Both the position numbers and the translations under genes were made by a program. DNA of 64,000 nt from the NCBI RefSeq assembly GCF_009914755.1, contig NC_060935.1. One strand, given 5' to 3'. Shown here piece by piece: positions 26,560 to 41,324 of the stretch. The first letter of the stretch is position 1, and each line of letters starts with the position of its first letter. The notes below the pieces were generated by a model. The model made no database searches, was not told the DNA's origin, and worked only from the letters and a program-made list of their open reading frames with translations. This DNA comes from the human T2T-CHM13v2.0 reference genome, Homo sapiens.

Positions 26560-27624
26560 CTTCTCAGATCATTCTTCATAATGGAGAACCTATAACAAAA
26601 AAACTATGGTTGCAATCTTATTACCATAAATTTTCTATAGAGTTCAAGACCTCTCATTATATCACCTGTATACAACAATATACCAATCTGTTGAAGGAAA
26701 AAGCCAGTACTCAGTGACATATGTAATTGATGTGACTATATTCGACCACTGGACCAAAGAATTTCTAAGAGATTTAGTATTTAGTAAGGCAATCTGCCAA
26801 ACCACTGAGATGGTTCCAGTAGTGATATAGGTGATATATAAAAATTAAAACCCACTCACCCTTACTGGCAATAACACAGATGCTGGAATCAGATGACTGA
26901 TGTTTTCTGTCTTGCCTGGAGCTGTTTATGTTCTGCCTTATTTGTTAAAAGCCAGAAGCATCTCTGAGAACAATCAGATGTTCACGTCTTCTACAGAAAT
27001 TTAATGACCATTGTGTCAATTTCTTCACAGTTCTCCCCCATTGGCATGCTGATAAATGAGAGTCTGAAGCTTTGACATAAAAACCTAAACTCTACCTGTG
27101 TACAGAACAGAAACAGAATGAGAGCGAAAAAACAACTATACTGAAAGCAAATTGAAGAGAATTGTGAACTTTCTTCTGAATGCATATATTTTGCTCGACA
27201 AGTTTAGCTTCCATAAAAATCTGAAATCTAGAATGTCTGTCCTATTATTTATTCATAAGCTTGTAACTTTATGGGAGATATTTCCCCATTATTCTTTACG
27301 AACACTTGATATTCTTTTCATTAGAGAAGATATTTTACCTGCTTCATTCTCAAGCAATGCCTTCACTAAACACTAAGCACTTCAAAGAAGTTGCCTGTGT
27401 GTAATAAAGCAATGTGCTAATCTTGACAGATCACCCTGCTTATTTCTCTGCAGTAAGTGTTTAGTTATAAAGGAGAATTGTATCTATACAACATTTATCA
27501 AAGCACAGATTCAGGAGGAAAGAGCCAGGGCTAATTCCACCTTAAACATCGAACAATACACAGCACCCACTCATTGTTCTTTTATCACCTGGAAATTCCT
27601 TACTATGTTAATTTGCTTATTTTT

Positions 27625-28335
27625 TGGAATGCTTTCTACTTGCTAGATGCTGTTTTTCCATTGTGATAGCACAGTAAACAAAAGAGACTTACAAAGCTTG
27701 AAGAGAAGATGGGACTACAGAAATAAGACAGATAAATTTAAAAGTGCCAATTAGTTAGTTCCAACTTGGATAAATCCTATAAAGAAGTAGAAGCAGCAGC
27801 AAGATTATACAATAAATTCTCCTTCTAGCATTGAAGATCAAGGGGTCTTCAAAGAGGACATGAAATTTATTAATCTATGACAAGCCCATTAGCTGAGGAA
27901 GAGTGCTTCAGGCAGGGAAAAAAAAACATGTGTTAAGACCTTGAGGTAGGAAGAAGCTTGGAAGCAGAAATAATACTGTTGTGATTGGATTAATAGAGAA
28001 TTCAGGGTGGGCGGGGGCCTGTGAAGCAGTGTTAAAGGTTTTGGCCTTTAGAAGAAAAGCCATAGGAAATTCCTGAAAGCCTCTAAAGAGAGAATCAGTG
28101 GTGTAGAAAATGTATTGGAGAAGAATACCAACAGGGACAGGAAACATGTAAGGAGGCTATTGCAAAAACCACAGACGAGATGATAGTGGCTTAGCCTGCC
28201 TGCAGTGATAGCAATGTGAAAGAAAAACACATTCAAGACGTGTAGAACTAAAACTGACAGAATATATTTGATTAGATATGGGGATGCAAGAGAAGATATC
28301 AAAGACAACTTAAGGTTTCTTAGCTTGTGTGATCA
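27625..28335 (-). mobile_element. L2 fragment
   Basis: 'ggaggctattgcaaaaaccacagacgagatgatagtggcttag', 'atcaaagacaacttaaggtttcttagcttg'. Confidence 0.8.
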
Positions 28336-30194
28336 TTGCTGTTAAGAATCACTTATTTATACCTTTGTGAAAGTAAAATCAGATTGTCAAATAAGATTCA
28401 CAAGAATCAAATATTTTTACTTAGTATTAAAGTTTACTGTAACTAAAAGATGAAAGCAACAATTAAAATAGGGAAAAGTCTAGTCCTCTAATGATAGCTC
28501 CCTGTCTTCGTTTTTTTTTAACATTACAAAGTATATTGTCCATATTAAAAATGTTCAGTCTCTAATAAAAGTATATTTTCAACAAAAGTAAGCAATGGCT
28601 GTGAGTTCATAGAGTCCAGATTTATTTACCATAAGCAATCCTGGACAGATCATGAATAGCCTGCTAAAAGCATTCCAAATAAGGAACTCTCCCAGTAGTA
28701 AACATCCTTAGTGTTTTGTCATATCTATTATTAGCATGTTTATGAGGAGATCTGACCGGGTTACTTTTCTTTTCTGACCTTCTCCCAGATATAAGAAAAA
28801 ACAGTTTGTAATCTCTTTGCTATTCTTGTCCTTCCCACTGGGCATAGAAATTCATAAAAGTACTCATTTTACTTTTTTATTAAAAAATATACTGGGAAAA
28901 ATAAACACATTTTCTTCAAAATTTCTAGAAAGAAAAGTAAATGTTTGAACACATGAATTAACTTTAAGTAGCCATTTCAAGAATCAAGAACCTCCTATTT
29001 ACTTGTGCTACGAAAAAGAGTAGTTATTTTCAAATTTAAATAAAAACACTTATGAAATGAGAATATATTAACTGAATTATTGGGAAAAAAACATGAAAAA
29101 TAGCAAAAAGCAGAGGAGCAATCTTATTCTGATATACCAAAGACTACAATAGAGTATTTTATGCTAATTGTGTAAATTGAAAAAGTACATGCAAAAAAGC
29201 GTACGTTCTACAAACCATTTGAAATGCCTACTGAGAGGGAATTGTGAAGAACCAATAATTTCTATATTCCAACTAGTATACCTTCAAACTATATGGCCTT
29301 ACAATTTTTTAGACCAATATACCCACCCACAAATCTATAGGGACAAAAGTGAATTACAGGCTATTTACAAGCTTCTCTAAGCCATATAATTTGTACAGTG
29401 TTAAGTTTGCCAAGGCTTTGGAAGACCCAAGTGATGCTTAAACCAGCAGTCCAGGTTCCTCTCACAAATACCTTCAAATATCACAACCCTTTATCCATCC
29501 CCAATATCAGTAATGGAAGCCTCTAGGGTGCTAAGGAGATGAAGCCTTTTAAGAAAAAAGATTCCTGTCTTCTTTACATAAGAAAGCAAAGTTTTACTTT
29601 TGTATCCCGTATTACCCTAGATTAATCTCCCAGCATCAACTCCCATTAAATTAACAGACGCATATATACACTCCTTCTTTCCAGTGTGGTCTACTTTCCC
29701 ACTAAAAGCAAGATCCATATGAAAGACTAATACTTTTGCCTGCTTAGTTTATTTGAAGTTGTTTGGCAGTAATCAGGTTATAATTGTGATAGTCATTACT
29801 CTCATTAATCCCTTACCACACAGGATTCTGGATTTTCCATAAACATAAACAATGTGAACAAAATGTCATTTTCCTTTAGAGTTTTACTTTGCAATAGTAC
29901 AATTCATACAACAAATGTTAATGGTTATAATCACTAATATTCACAGTCGTTGAGTAAGAAGCAAGAACAAGTATGAGCTGGAAAAGCGTGAAAATTAAAA
30001 ACTTCTCACTAGACCTTGAGGGAATTTCTCTTTCGATGTGAAGAATTCCCAGCACGGAATAGAAACACATTTTGAATGTGACTCACTCAATAACATAATT
30101 AATCTTCACTTAATAAAATCTCAGGGACTCTCCTCTCTCCCCACCTTCTCTCTTCCAGAGTTTTGTAAAACACTTTATAAAAATCCACCACGGA

Positions 30195-30850
30195 AACTGT
30201 TGCCATTTGTCGGGGATGTAGAAAGGAAGGAGGAGAGTCACTCTCACCTTTGCAATGAAAAAGTGGACCATACATGCAGGACTTTTTAAACATTCTTTAG
30301 AGAGTTGAGGTCAGAGCAAACAACTGCCTGAAAAGCCAAAGATCAACAGCGCCTTGAGAGAAAGAGAAAACATAAACAGGTATCACCTGGGGTAGACCTG
30401 AAGCGGCAGCTACAACTAGAGCTCCTTACAATTGCTGACAATTTGTGAAGGGTGAGTATGGGCTGTCAGGACAGATTAAAAGCCCTTAGGGCCACAGTCA
30501 TTGGGAGAATTTGCACCATCTTATAGAGAAACCTTACTCCTGAGGGAGAGGCAAAATTAATACTGAGAAAACAACTGCAGCCGGAGTAAAGCCAGGAAAT
30601 CCTCAAAGGCTACAATCCCAAGAACAGGGGCATGGTTTATGATTGAGGCTGAAACTTGCTCAAATAGCAAAGCCTTAACCTCCTTCAATTACTACTTACT
30701 ATCAAGATAACAACTTTAAATAACAAGTAATAGCAGAATCCTGAAGTGACAGAGGGGAGAGGAAAAGACCATCTAAAGAAAACGTATCTGAAGCGTAAGA
30801 CAAAAGTAAGACCTAAGATTCAGAAGCAAACAAACATAGTTCTGGCAAAC
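30195..30850 (+). mobile_element. Old L1M 5'-end fragment
   Basis: 'agagagttgaggtcagagcaaacaactgcctgaa...cacctggggtagac...cccttagggccacagtc' resembles L1M 5'UTR consensuses. Confidence 0.5.
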
Positions 30851-31039
30851 CACAGTTTTAGGTCAATGCCATCCTCTCTTAATCTAACTCTAGGAAAAAT
30901 ACAGTAATCATCATTAAAACAAGGACTAAACATGTTTTTCCTGTTAAGCAAGCAAACAAAAACAATTAAAATGCTTACCCCTGGCTACAGTAAAACACAA
31001 ATGTGCACGCTCTTTCTCTTTCCCTCTCTCTCTCTATTC

Positions 31040-31500
31040 TGATGCTGGTGTGAAAATAAACTCATATGCAAACATTAGAAACTAATTTTTAAAAAGAGAT
31101 AAAGTTTCATAAATATGTTTATGATCTAATAATTTTATTGAGATATTTTCTCTCTGAAGTAATCTTCAATAAAAAATAACTTTGCACTCAAAAGTGTTTA
31201 TTATAGTGATTTATATAACCAAAGCAAAAAATTTAAAGAAATTAATGGTGAAACAAAAAATGTTTTGACTAGTTATAATGATACAATAGTAGGATGAAAT
31301 ATTTTGTAGCCAAAAATGTAATGACTATTAACATTTAATGATATGAAAATGCTCATTCTAAAAGTATATAATACAAAAAAATAAATATTATTATAAACAT
31401 GGAATATATGTTTATATATCTATTCACATAAATATGAAAATAAACATCTAAAGCTATTAATATGATTGTTTAAGAAGTGGGATTACAGATAATAGTAGGC
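31040..31500 (+). mobile_element. L1ME 3' fragment
   Basis: Degenerate ORF2 C-terminal / 3'UTR motifs ('gtgtttattatagtgatt', 'gatgaaatattttgtagcc'). Confidence 0.5.
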
Positions 31501-32002
31501 AGAAAGCCCTGCTTTTCATTTTTTATGGCAATTCCTGAGATTATCAGGCATCAATTCTGATAGCTATGATTACAAGTTCACAATTATGCATCCTTTAAGT
31601 ACTAAATATCAGGTTTCTGAACACCCGGGGACGAGACACATGTATAGATGCTATAGAAGTCATGTGGGAGCTCTGCTTAGCATGAACTCATCAAAAGGCA
31701 CAGGAATTACCCTTTTCTGACAATATCTACTCTCAACATTTGCTTTTTGATCACTCATTAAACACCAAAAATCACAGAAAATAAATCTTCTTGATGTATA
31801 TAATGTAGGGAATTGAGAAGGCAAGAAAGACACAAGAGACAGGGACTAGAAGAAAATGCATCAATCTGTTAATGATGTAATAACAGGTATCTCTGGGTGG
31901 TAGCTTATTTTCTTGCTTTTAGTATTTTCTAAATTTGCAGCAATCCATATATATTCATTATGATCATAAATTCAGCAAATAGTTTAATAATAGTAAACTA
32001 TT

Positions 32003-32399
32003 GGTATTAGTTTGTTAGGGTTACCAAAACAAAATACCACAGACTGGGTGGCTTAAACAACCAAAATTTATTTTTTCACAGTTGCAAAGACTGGAAATCC
32101 CACATCAAGATGTCAGCAGGTTTGTTTCTTCTTTAGCTTCTCTCCTTGGCTTGTAGATGGTCATCTTCTCCTCTTTATCATCACATGATCTTCCCTCTGT
32201 GCATGTCTGTGTCCTAAGCTCCTCTTCTTCTGAGGACACCAGTCATATTGGCCTAGGACCCACACATATGACCTCATTTAACCTTAATTCTCTCTTTAAA
32301 AAGAATATCTCCAACTATAGTCACTTTCTGAGGTACTGGGGGTTAGGACTTCAACATTTAAATTTGGGGGGGTGTTCCCCTACATGTGGCCCATTAACA
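32003..32399 (-). mobile_element. MLT1A1/MLT1B solo LTR
   Basis: 'aaataccacagactgggtggcttaaacaac...ggtactgggggttaggacttcaac'; near-TSD ctatt/ccatt. Confidence 0.9.
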
Positions 32400-32710
32400 C
32401 CATTACAGTTATTTGTTCTCCAGTTAGTAGACCTCATATTCATCTTGTCCTTATGCTCTCTAACTTCGCTCTCTTCCATCCCTTTTCCCCACTGAACAGA
32501 GGAGGATTAGAATGCTTAAATGGAGCAAATGTTTCAGAATGTGTAAAATGATTGTACCATATCAATACCCAATAATGATTTGAATATTATCTCACTCCAA
32601 AGAGTATATTATTTCCATCCTGAAAAATGCTTGTTTTTATAGCATCATACTTCTTAGAAAAAGTCAGCCCATGAGGAGTAGATCTGGAAGTGAAATATGG
32701 GCTTCATACC

Positions 32711-33054
32711 TGATATGATTTGGCTCTGTGTCCCCACCCAAATCTCATCTTGTAGCTTTCATAATTTCCACATGTTGTGGGAGGGACCAAGTGGGAGATA
32801 ACTGATTCATGGGGCCAGGTCTTTCCTGTGCTGTTCTCATGACAGTGAATAAGTCTCATGGGATCTGATGGTTTTAAAAACTGGAGTTTCCCTGCACAAG
32901 TTCTCTCTCCTGCCGCTGCCATGTAAGACATGCCTTTCACCTCCCACCACCACTGTGAGCCACATGGAACTGTAAGTCCATTAAACTTCTTTCTTTTGTA
33001 AATTGCACAGTCTTGGGTATGTCTTTATCAGCAGCATGAAAATGGACTAATACA
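32711..33054 (+). mobile_element. THE1A/B solo LTR inserted in a MIR
   Basis: tgatatgatttggctctgtgtcccc...aatggactaataca; flanks atacc/gcacc. Confidence 0.93.
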
Positions 33055-33175
33055 GCACCAGACAGCCATGGGTTAAAATTTCTGGCCCACCCCTTACTTT
33101 ATGTATGACCTTAGAGAAACTACTTAACTGCTTTGGATTTCAGTTTTATGACCAATAAAAATCACAATAACATTA
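33055..33175 (+). mobile_element. MIR (resumes after the THE1 LTR)
   Basis: 'gggttaaaatttctggcccaccccttactttatgtatgaccttagagaaactacttaac'. Confidence 0.7.
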
Positions 33176-34274
33176 TTTAGCTTTTATTATTTTTATACAA
33201 TTATATAAGCAGAACGAAGTGTTAGACATTTAATAGCATAACAGTTCAGCCCATTTTCTCCCTCTTTTCTTCCCTTCCCTCTCTATACCCCCTTCTTTTT
33301 TTTTTTTTTGACATTTCAACTATATTTGAAATAACATAAACTAGTACCCTCTCCATCTATTTCTTTCAATTTTTAGTGGGAATAGGACTGGTCTATCACT
33401 TCCCCAAAAGAAATGTCTAGCTTTAAAGTAACAACTTATCATTACAGAGTTGGCCTATAGAAGGATGCACAAATTCTTACATATTCCTAAATGTAATGTT
33501 TCATCTGAAACAATACCTAGAAATATAGGCTCCTTCTATATCCTTTGCCAAATTGAAACCCAAATTCAATTTACTAAAGAAAACTTTCAGATCCCACTTT
33601 TCCTCATTCATATAAGATAAACAATGTAATTTTACTTTGTAAAGCATGAATATAAATATAATGAGGTATACTGAATGATTATACAGAGAAATTGCATTCT
33701 GTCATAAAAGAAGCAAACAGTTAAAATACTTAAGCTTGAGAATTGTGCAAAAGAGTGCAATTAGTAAGTAGTAGGCACAGTTCTTCAAACCATTTCCATC
33801 ATCTCATTTACTTAAAAATTCAACTTCATGAGCAAACTACCAGTCTCTGAAAATTCAAATAATGAAATATGTGGTTTGATCAGGAAAGCATACACAAATT
33901 CAGCCACTTTAATATGCAGCTCATCCATTCAATTATACAAAAGACCTAAAGAGGAGCTCAGCATGTCTGTAAATTATGAAATGAGATGAACCACAAATGC
34001 ATCTTTATTGAAATGATTACACATCCTCTCCCTTACATGCAAATCTCCACCAACACCACTGGAATAATCAGTGTATTTCTGTTCTTTTGACAATAAATGG
34101 CCATCTGCCAAAATATGATAATATTACATAACACATGCAAGGAAACAACACAATTGCAGACTAGTTACATGCTGTTAATTACTTATCTCTGCATTAAAAC
34201 AACACATGACAACAGGTGGCAGAGAAGCAAGTGGAAATCATACTATCTTCTCTCCAATAATCAGTAGGACTCCT

Positions 34275-34410
34275 ATTTAGTGGAGAGAAAACAGGCTTTG
34301 GAGTCATGATTAACTTAAATCACAATGCCACCACATACTAGCTGCGATAGTGTAGTAAATTAAGGTCCATCAAGTTTCCTGGACTGTGCTATTTTATAAA
34401 AGAGTAAATT
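34275..34410 (+). mobile_element. MIR fragment
   Basis: 'acaggctttggagtca...gccaccacatactagctgcga'. Confidence 0.55.
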
Positions 34411-35015
34411 AGGCAGTAAATTACATAAATCTTGACTGTAAACATTAAATTTTGATGTTAAAACAAACCAACAAACAGAACAACTACTATATGTTTACAC
34501 TATTTTTGGAAAGGGCATTTTAACATACAAAATATTGGAAAGGTCCAATTTAATAATAAATGAGCATTCTTCAAAGAGAGGAAGAGATGGGATGAAAGAA
34601 ATTGATTCTTAGCAATGGCACTAACATGGAATTATTTTATTTTTCTGTGTTATTTTTCTACATCTCTGTACTGTTGAAAACTTGACCACAAGCAGCATTT
34701 ACCTACTGGTGAATCTGTTACCTGTAAATCAATGTTTGTATAGCACAGACAAAATTGCTTTTTTTTTTTTCACCCTTCACTGGTAAAATAGAAATACTGC
34801 CAGTTGCTCTCTCAATATTGACACTGAAATGAAATGAGATAATGAACGTAACACACTCTAGAAAGAATATAGCAGGTGCTCAAAAATGTGAATTAATCTC
34901 TTATCCCCTTTCTTGAATTAACACAATTATAGAAAAAAGCAAAGAGCATATCCCAGGATAGAATTCCTTTACCACTTATTTGCTGTATAAATTTGGGAAA
35001 ATAAATGCATAAGTC

Positions 35016-35536
35016 TGTAATAGACTAAATAATGACCTCCAAAGATATAAGGCCCTAATACCTGAAACCTATAAATGCCATCTCTAATGGAAAAAATGGT
35101 CATTGAAGATGAGATTGGGTCTTTGAAGATGTGATTCGGTCAAGAATCTTGCTATGTGGAGATTATTTTGGATTATCCAGGTGGGCTGTAAATACAATTA
35201 CAAATGTTTTCAAGTGTTAGAGGGATCTTTCACATACACACAGAAAAGACAATGTGAAGATGACACACAGAGAGATTTGAAGATGCTCACCTTGAAGACT
35301 GGAAGGAAGTGGCTACAAACTAAGAAATGCTGGAAACTGCCAGAGTTGAACATATAAGGGACACGTTCTCACCTGCAGCCTCCCAAGGAAAGGGAACCCT
35401 GTCTACACCTTGAGTTTGGCCTAGTGATACTGATTTCAGACTTCTGGCCTCCAAAGCTACGCAAAAATAAAATTCCACTGTTTGAAGTCATCTAATTTGC
35501 ATAAATTTGTTACAGCAGCCACAGAAAACTAATATA
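35016..35536 (+). mobile_element. MLT1C2/MLT1D solo LTR
   Basis: 'ggattatccaggtgggc', 'tgatactgatttcagacttctggcctcca', 'ttgttacagcagccacagaaaactaatata'. Confidence 0.88.
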
Positions 35537-35597
35537 GCTTTCTTAAGGTGATTGTGTGGGCTGTTCTGATGTTTGTGTCTTAAGAAGTGGGTGGAAA

Positions 35598-36039
35598 TGT
35601 AAAAGGATAATAAATCTTTCTTAAAGGAAACTTTACACAAGAAGGCTTAAACATTTTCATGATTCATGCATATATTTGTCTTCAACACAAACATTAAGAA
35701 ATGAAAAGATTGCACACAGACCCTTTCCTTTTCACCACTTGCCAACTTTCCATTCTTTGTCTCATGAGCAATTATCTAAAGTGAAAACGTTGTCCTCTTG
35801 AAAGTAGTTTACACAGAGATAAACATTGCCCATTTATTAACTGAATGAGATGTCCTCTGGTAGTAAAACAATCACACCTATAAAATCACCCTACCTGTAA
35901 CTTACTTAACCATCTCTGTAAAAGTCTAAGGCGAACCATTCTGCTGAGACACAGCCATCTGCAGACCTGAGGTGCCCTCCATACTGTGATAGCTTGAATA
36001 AAATCAACTAAAAGGTGTAGTACATTTTTGTCTTTAACA
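35598..36039 (+). mobile_element. ERV1-class solo LTR (MER67/MER90/MER92-like)
   Basis: TG...CA termini, start 'tgtaaaaggataataaatctt', AATAAA near the 3' end, 4-bp TSD gaaa/gaaa. Confidence 0.65.
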
Positions 36040-36550
36040 GAAATCATTTCATCAAAATACAATTTGTAATTAAAAGGACCTGTATCAAAGGCCCTGTTAC
36101 CGAATTAGTAACTTTTAAAAACAAAGTAGATGGAGTGGTTTAATGGTTATTCATTGCCACCTTCTGTTGGACTTTGAGTCTTTGCTCTCAGCCTTTTGCC
36201 CTAACCACATTAGTGCTATTAATCATCGTGTTCTACATGGCAAGAAAAACCAGTTTTGAAAATTCTGCATACTTAAATCAAATGCATAATCAGAAAGCCA
36301 GAAATGTTAACAGTGAGAACTATCTGTAACACATTAAAAAACAAAACAGAAAAAAGCAAAGCAAAAACTCTCCAGTTCACCTTGCTCATTTGAGAGATGG
36401 AATAGGGGGTGAAAGTGAAAAAAAAATAAGCACAATTTATTTCGAAGGGAAAAAATTGAAGTGGAGTTAAGAACCATATTCCTTATAAACACATTTGCAT
36501 GTTGAACTGGTATTTTAACAATGCTAACATTTACACATTTCTTTAAAAGT

Positions 36551-36918
36551 TGCTACGGTTTGACTCTGTGTCCCTACCCAAATCTCATCTCAAATTGCAA
36601 CCCCTTCATGTCAAGGGAGGAGCCTGGTGGGAGGCGATGGGATCATGGTGGCTGTTTCCCCTATGCTGTTCTCATGATAGTGAAGGCGTTCTCACAAGAT
36701 CTGATGGTTTAAAAGTTGCAGTTTCCTCTTTATTCTCTCTCTCTCTCCTGCCACCTTGTGAAGACATGCCTTGCTTCCCCTTTGCCTTCAGCCATGATTG
36801 TAAGTTTTCTAAGGCCTCCCCAGCCCTGCAGAACTATAAGTCAATTAAACCTCTTTCCTTTATAAATTACTCAATCTCAGGTAGTATCTTTATAGCAGTG
36901 TGAAAATGAGCTAATACA
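36551..36918 (+). mobile_element. THE1D solo LTR
   Basis: 'ccatgattgtaagttttctaaggcctccccagcc...gtagtatctttatagcagtgtgaaaatgagctaataca'. Confidence 0.9.
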
Positions 36919-37044
36919 AAATCACTGCTTTATTACTATATAACTATTAAGAAAAAGTCATAAATAAAAGATAATACTGAGAAAGAAAGAAGTTACAATA
37001 TGAAATATAAGATGCTGAACTATAACAATAATGCTGATGCCAGT

Positions 37045-37230
37045 TAATGGAGCCAAAGTATGAGTATTAGACCAGGGGGTAGTACATATGGGTTCTGATA
37101 AAAATTCTTCATTGACTGACCATGTGACTCCAGGAAACTGACAGTCTCTCCCTGAATTCTCTTATTTGTAAAGTGAGATCAGTTTATTGAAATATCAGGT
37201 CTTTATAGCTTGAAAATGATGTAATTTTAT
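37045..37230 (+). mobile_element. MIR/MIR3
   Basis: 'ctgaccatgtgactccagg...tcttatttgtaaagtgag...ggtctttatagcttgaaaat'. Confidence 0.55.
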
Positions 37231-39089
37231 CGAATAAATATCACTGAGTGCTAAGGTAAGGGCATTTATTGGTAGGTGCTGAAGTGAATACGCAGATTCT
37301 TGTAGCCATGTTCTCAAATTTCTTTAATCTACTTCAAGTAGAGAAATCTCATACAAGCAGTTGAGTAAATAAATCCTCACAGAAATGAACAAAATAGATG
37401 ATGATACCAGCTCTAATACTTGAATAAATCACGTACCATGGGGTCAGAGGGGAAGGAGCCAATATATGTCTTGTGAATCAGATTAATCTATGTATTTGCA
37501 CATTTGCGCATTTCAAAATTACCTTAAATACTGCCTACTTTTTGCTCCACTTTTATTTCTCTAAATAAAAAACTATTCTTAAGATATGCATAAGATTTCT
37601 ACTAAGATCATAAACACAATCATATCATTGATCTTTATATATTACAGGATGGTAAACGTGAGGATTAGTACTTGATGAGAAAAACAGCCACTTGGTCTAA
37701 AGACCTCAGAAACTATCAAGTCTGTAATATGTGGAGGTGATATTGCCTCTTCTTAAAACAAACCACAGAAGCTAAAGTGTTGTATACGAAGCCAATATTT
37801 TCAGACTGTCTGAGGCCATTGATATATTTTAGCCCAGAGTCATGATGCTATGTGGTCCCTGTGACAAATATAGCAGAAAATAAATGTCTTAGTATATTTC
37901 TGAAAAATCAAATATTTGCCAACAATTCATCTGAGCCTGAAAACGCCACACAACGAAGATGGAATAATAGCAGACAAGTATTTCATAAATTATTGCCAAA
38001 TCCAATTGTAATGTGAAAAAAAAGCTTAGCAAAAGTTTATTTTGTCTGCCTTTGGACATATTTTCCTACTCATTCTCTCCTCTTATTGTCCCTAGACAAT
38101 GCCAGACTGTTAAATTAATTCCCTCTGGTAAGAAATGTGTAAGCAAGTATAACACAGGAAACTGAGCATGAAGTCCCAGTGCTAATTAAATGCTATTGTT
38201 GCTTTTCATTTTCCTCAGTACATTAAAAAAACTAAATGTTTTTACCTCTAAGTGTTGGAAACATTGCAAAAACCCATTTAAATTGAACATTAAGTTTCAA
38301 TCCCTTCGTTTAATTCTTGCTACACTATTAAACAATATGAAATGCATTTATGAGCAGAGCAAAAATGGGTTGCAGCAGGCACATTCTTTTATTTTTCTCT
38401 ATGTAACTTCAATGTTATCATTTAAACAATATTGCCACAACTATCCACCCATTTTAAGTAATTTGAACATATCTGAAAGTGAAAAATTGAACATTCCTTT
38501 AAGTTTTTGTTGAGGCATTTAAAGTTTTCTCCAACTATTAAAGAGAATCATAGTTAAGAACATATTCTAAATGGCCCTGCCAGGCTTCCAATTCCATATA
38601 CACATATTATGTGGAATTCATGAATGTAACTAAGACTAAACTTGTTGCTAATACCAACCCAGAAACCTTCACATGGCTCATGCCAAGCACATTTGTTTTG
38701 AAATGAAGCCAATAACTAATAATGACCATAATGTATTGAATAAGTTAACATACTTGCTACATTCTAATTTATCAAAAATTAGAGTAATCTGGGCAAATTT
38801 AGACAAATCAAGAAGGAACAGTTTCCATAATTCCAAACAGTTTTTTTCATTTTCTTTCTATGGGCCAGATGAAGAAAGCAGAATTTGTCTCTTTCTATTG
38901 GGAAGAGAACAGGAGGGTTTTCTCTGCTAAGATTATCCATACCCTGGGCAGCAGAGCTTGGGATAATGATGGTCCTTATTAAGTAGATGGAAATTTGGTT
39001 AAGCAAGCAGGACTCTGCATCCAGAAAACACTTAGTCACAGGTCAGCACTGTTCAATGCACATGCAATTGGAAAGTTGTGTCCTGTTTG

Positions 39090-39940
39090 TGCCCCTCCTA
39101 TGTACCCTCCACACAGCTCTCCAGGTGACTACTATGAAACACAAATCTTGTCATACTGTTCATTTGCTTAAAACCCTTCAATATCACTCTTCCATTCCTC
39201 TTAATAGTCAATGCAGGTTTTATATTTAATGCATAGTATAAAAAATAAAATATATCCAACTCAATATTATGTTCTATTTTAAAATAAATTTATGTAAAAA
39301 TGAGACTGTTTTAAAATGTTACATAAATTACAGTACAGACAGTACAAGACTTGGCAAAAATTGTGATGGTGGGATGTACCTGACTAAAATAGAAAAACAT
39401 TGTTCTAGAATAAAGTCCAAACTCCTCAGTGGAGAAGATTTTCCATCCAGTTCACTATCCTTCTGGCATTACATTTTTTAGGACCCCATTCCCTGTCCCC
39501 TACATTCTACAAGCTTAACATACCTCTAGGAGTTTCCTGAACCTGCCAGACCATTTATTTCTTTCTCATTTATCTGAGGCTTTTGTGTAAGCTGAGTCCT
39601 TTGGAATGCCGGCTCATTGTTTGGAACTTTCTTCTCTCTCTCTCCCCTTCTGTCTCCTTTGGGAGGCATTTGCACTAAAATGCATTCTGCATACAATTTC
39701 TCATATTTTAATACTTGGTTTGAGTATTAGCTCTAATAGGATGACTTTCCATCCTGCACATTTCCCCAACCTATAACACTGAGCAATTCTCCTGTACTTC
39801 CCTGTGTGCTCTGACCATTCCTGTCATAGTATTGCTATTGCACTGAACTCTTTTTACATTCATCTCCTCTGCTACACTGTATCCCAAAACTCAGCACTAT
39901 TAATGATACATAATTCCAACCAATTATGTTGAACGAATTG
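39090..39940 (+). mobile_element. L2 interrupted by a hAT-Charlie-like fragment (~39203-39402)
   Basis: L2 'gcttaaaacccttcaa' resumes at 'agaataaagtccaaactcctcag'; the insert ends in 'gaaaaacattg', similar to a Charlie TIR. Confidence 0.6.
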
Positions 39941-40105
39941 TGTCCACTGCTAATTAGTAACCCACGAAATGCTTCTATTTTCCAGCTAATAAGAAAATTG
40001 TTAGATTTTTATCATTCTTGTGTTATTTTTGAAGGAACAGTGGGCCATTTATTTTACAATGCATGCCCAGTGCATAAAATGATATTAAGTTATATTGTTT
40101 CTTTA

Positions 40106-40615
40106 TGTTAATAATTTCATCTTTTTGACATATATCCACACATTCTTTGATACTCTTCCTTTTAAGAAGTGGATCTTTAAATCCCCTCTCTTGAATATGA
40201 ACTGAGCTCTCTTTTAAGGAATAGAATACGGTAGAATAGAATGTATGTTCCTTCCAAGATTAGGCTATAAAAAGACTATGAATACGATCTTGGTTGTTCT
40301 CTTTCTCCCATGGACCTCTCACTCCAGGACAAGACATACTATCAGACCCATGTGCCAAAGAAATAAAATCTCCTGCTATTAGCCATGAAGTGAGCCTGAA
40401 AGTGGGTTCTCCAGACCTAGTCAAGCTGAAAATTATTGCACATCAGTGGACACCCTATTTGAAGCTATAGGCAATACTCAGAGCCAAAATGACACACATA
40501 AGCTACATCTGTTCCCAGATTCTTCACCCATAAAAGCTTAGAGATAATAAATGTGTATTGTTTTAAGCCTCTAATTTTAAAGAGAATTGTTACATATAAA
40601 TAGATAATATCAGAC
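40106..40615 (+). mobile_element. MLT1F-type solo LTR
   Basis: 'ttctttgatactcttccttttaagaagtgga', 'gagataataaatgtgtattgttttaagcctctaa'. Confidence 0.8.
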
Positions 40616-40981
40616 ATTTGACCTTGAGCACATTGCTCAATCTTGTTGAATGTGAGTTTCCTTGCATGTAAAATTAACATAATATTTTTAGAATTCGCCT
40701 AATAATAAAGAGCACTCTGTGACTTATCCAGTGAAGTGCTTGGGAATATAGAGACATTTAACACATGCTAGATATTTTCCCCCATCTCAAATGTCATGTG
40801 GCTTATTCTTTTTAAATATACTTGTTATGAATTAAAGACCCATATGAATATGGTGCTGTGCTGGGCATTATACAAAACAAGGATAGCTGAGACTCTTACA
40901 TTGGAAGTACCACCCTCATTAACAATTTGATTTTGTTTCTCACATAACAAGTCCATTGAAAAATAACGTCTCTTATGGTAA

Positions 40982-41324
<343 letters not shown>

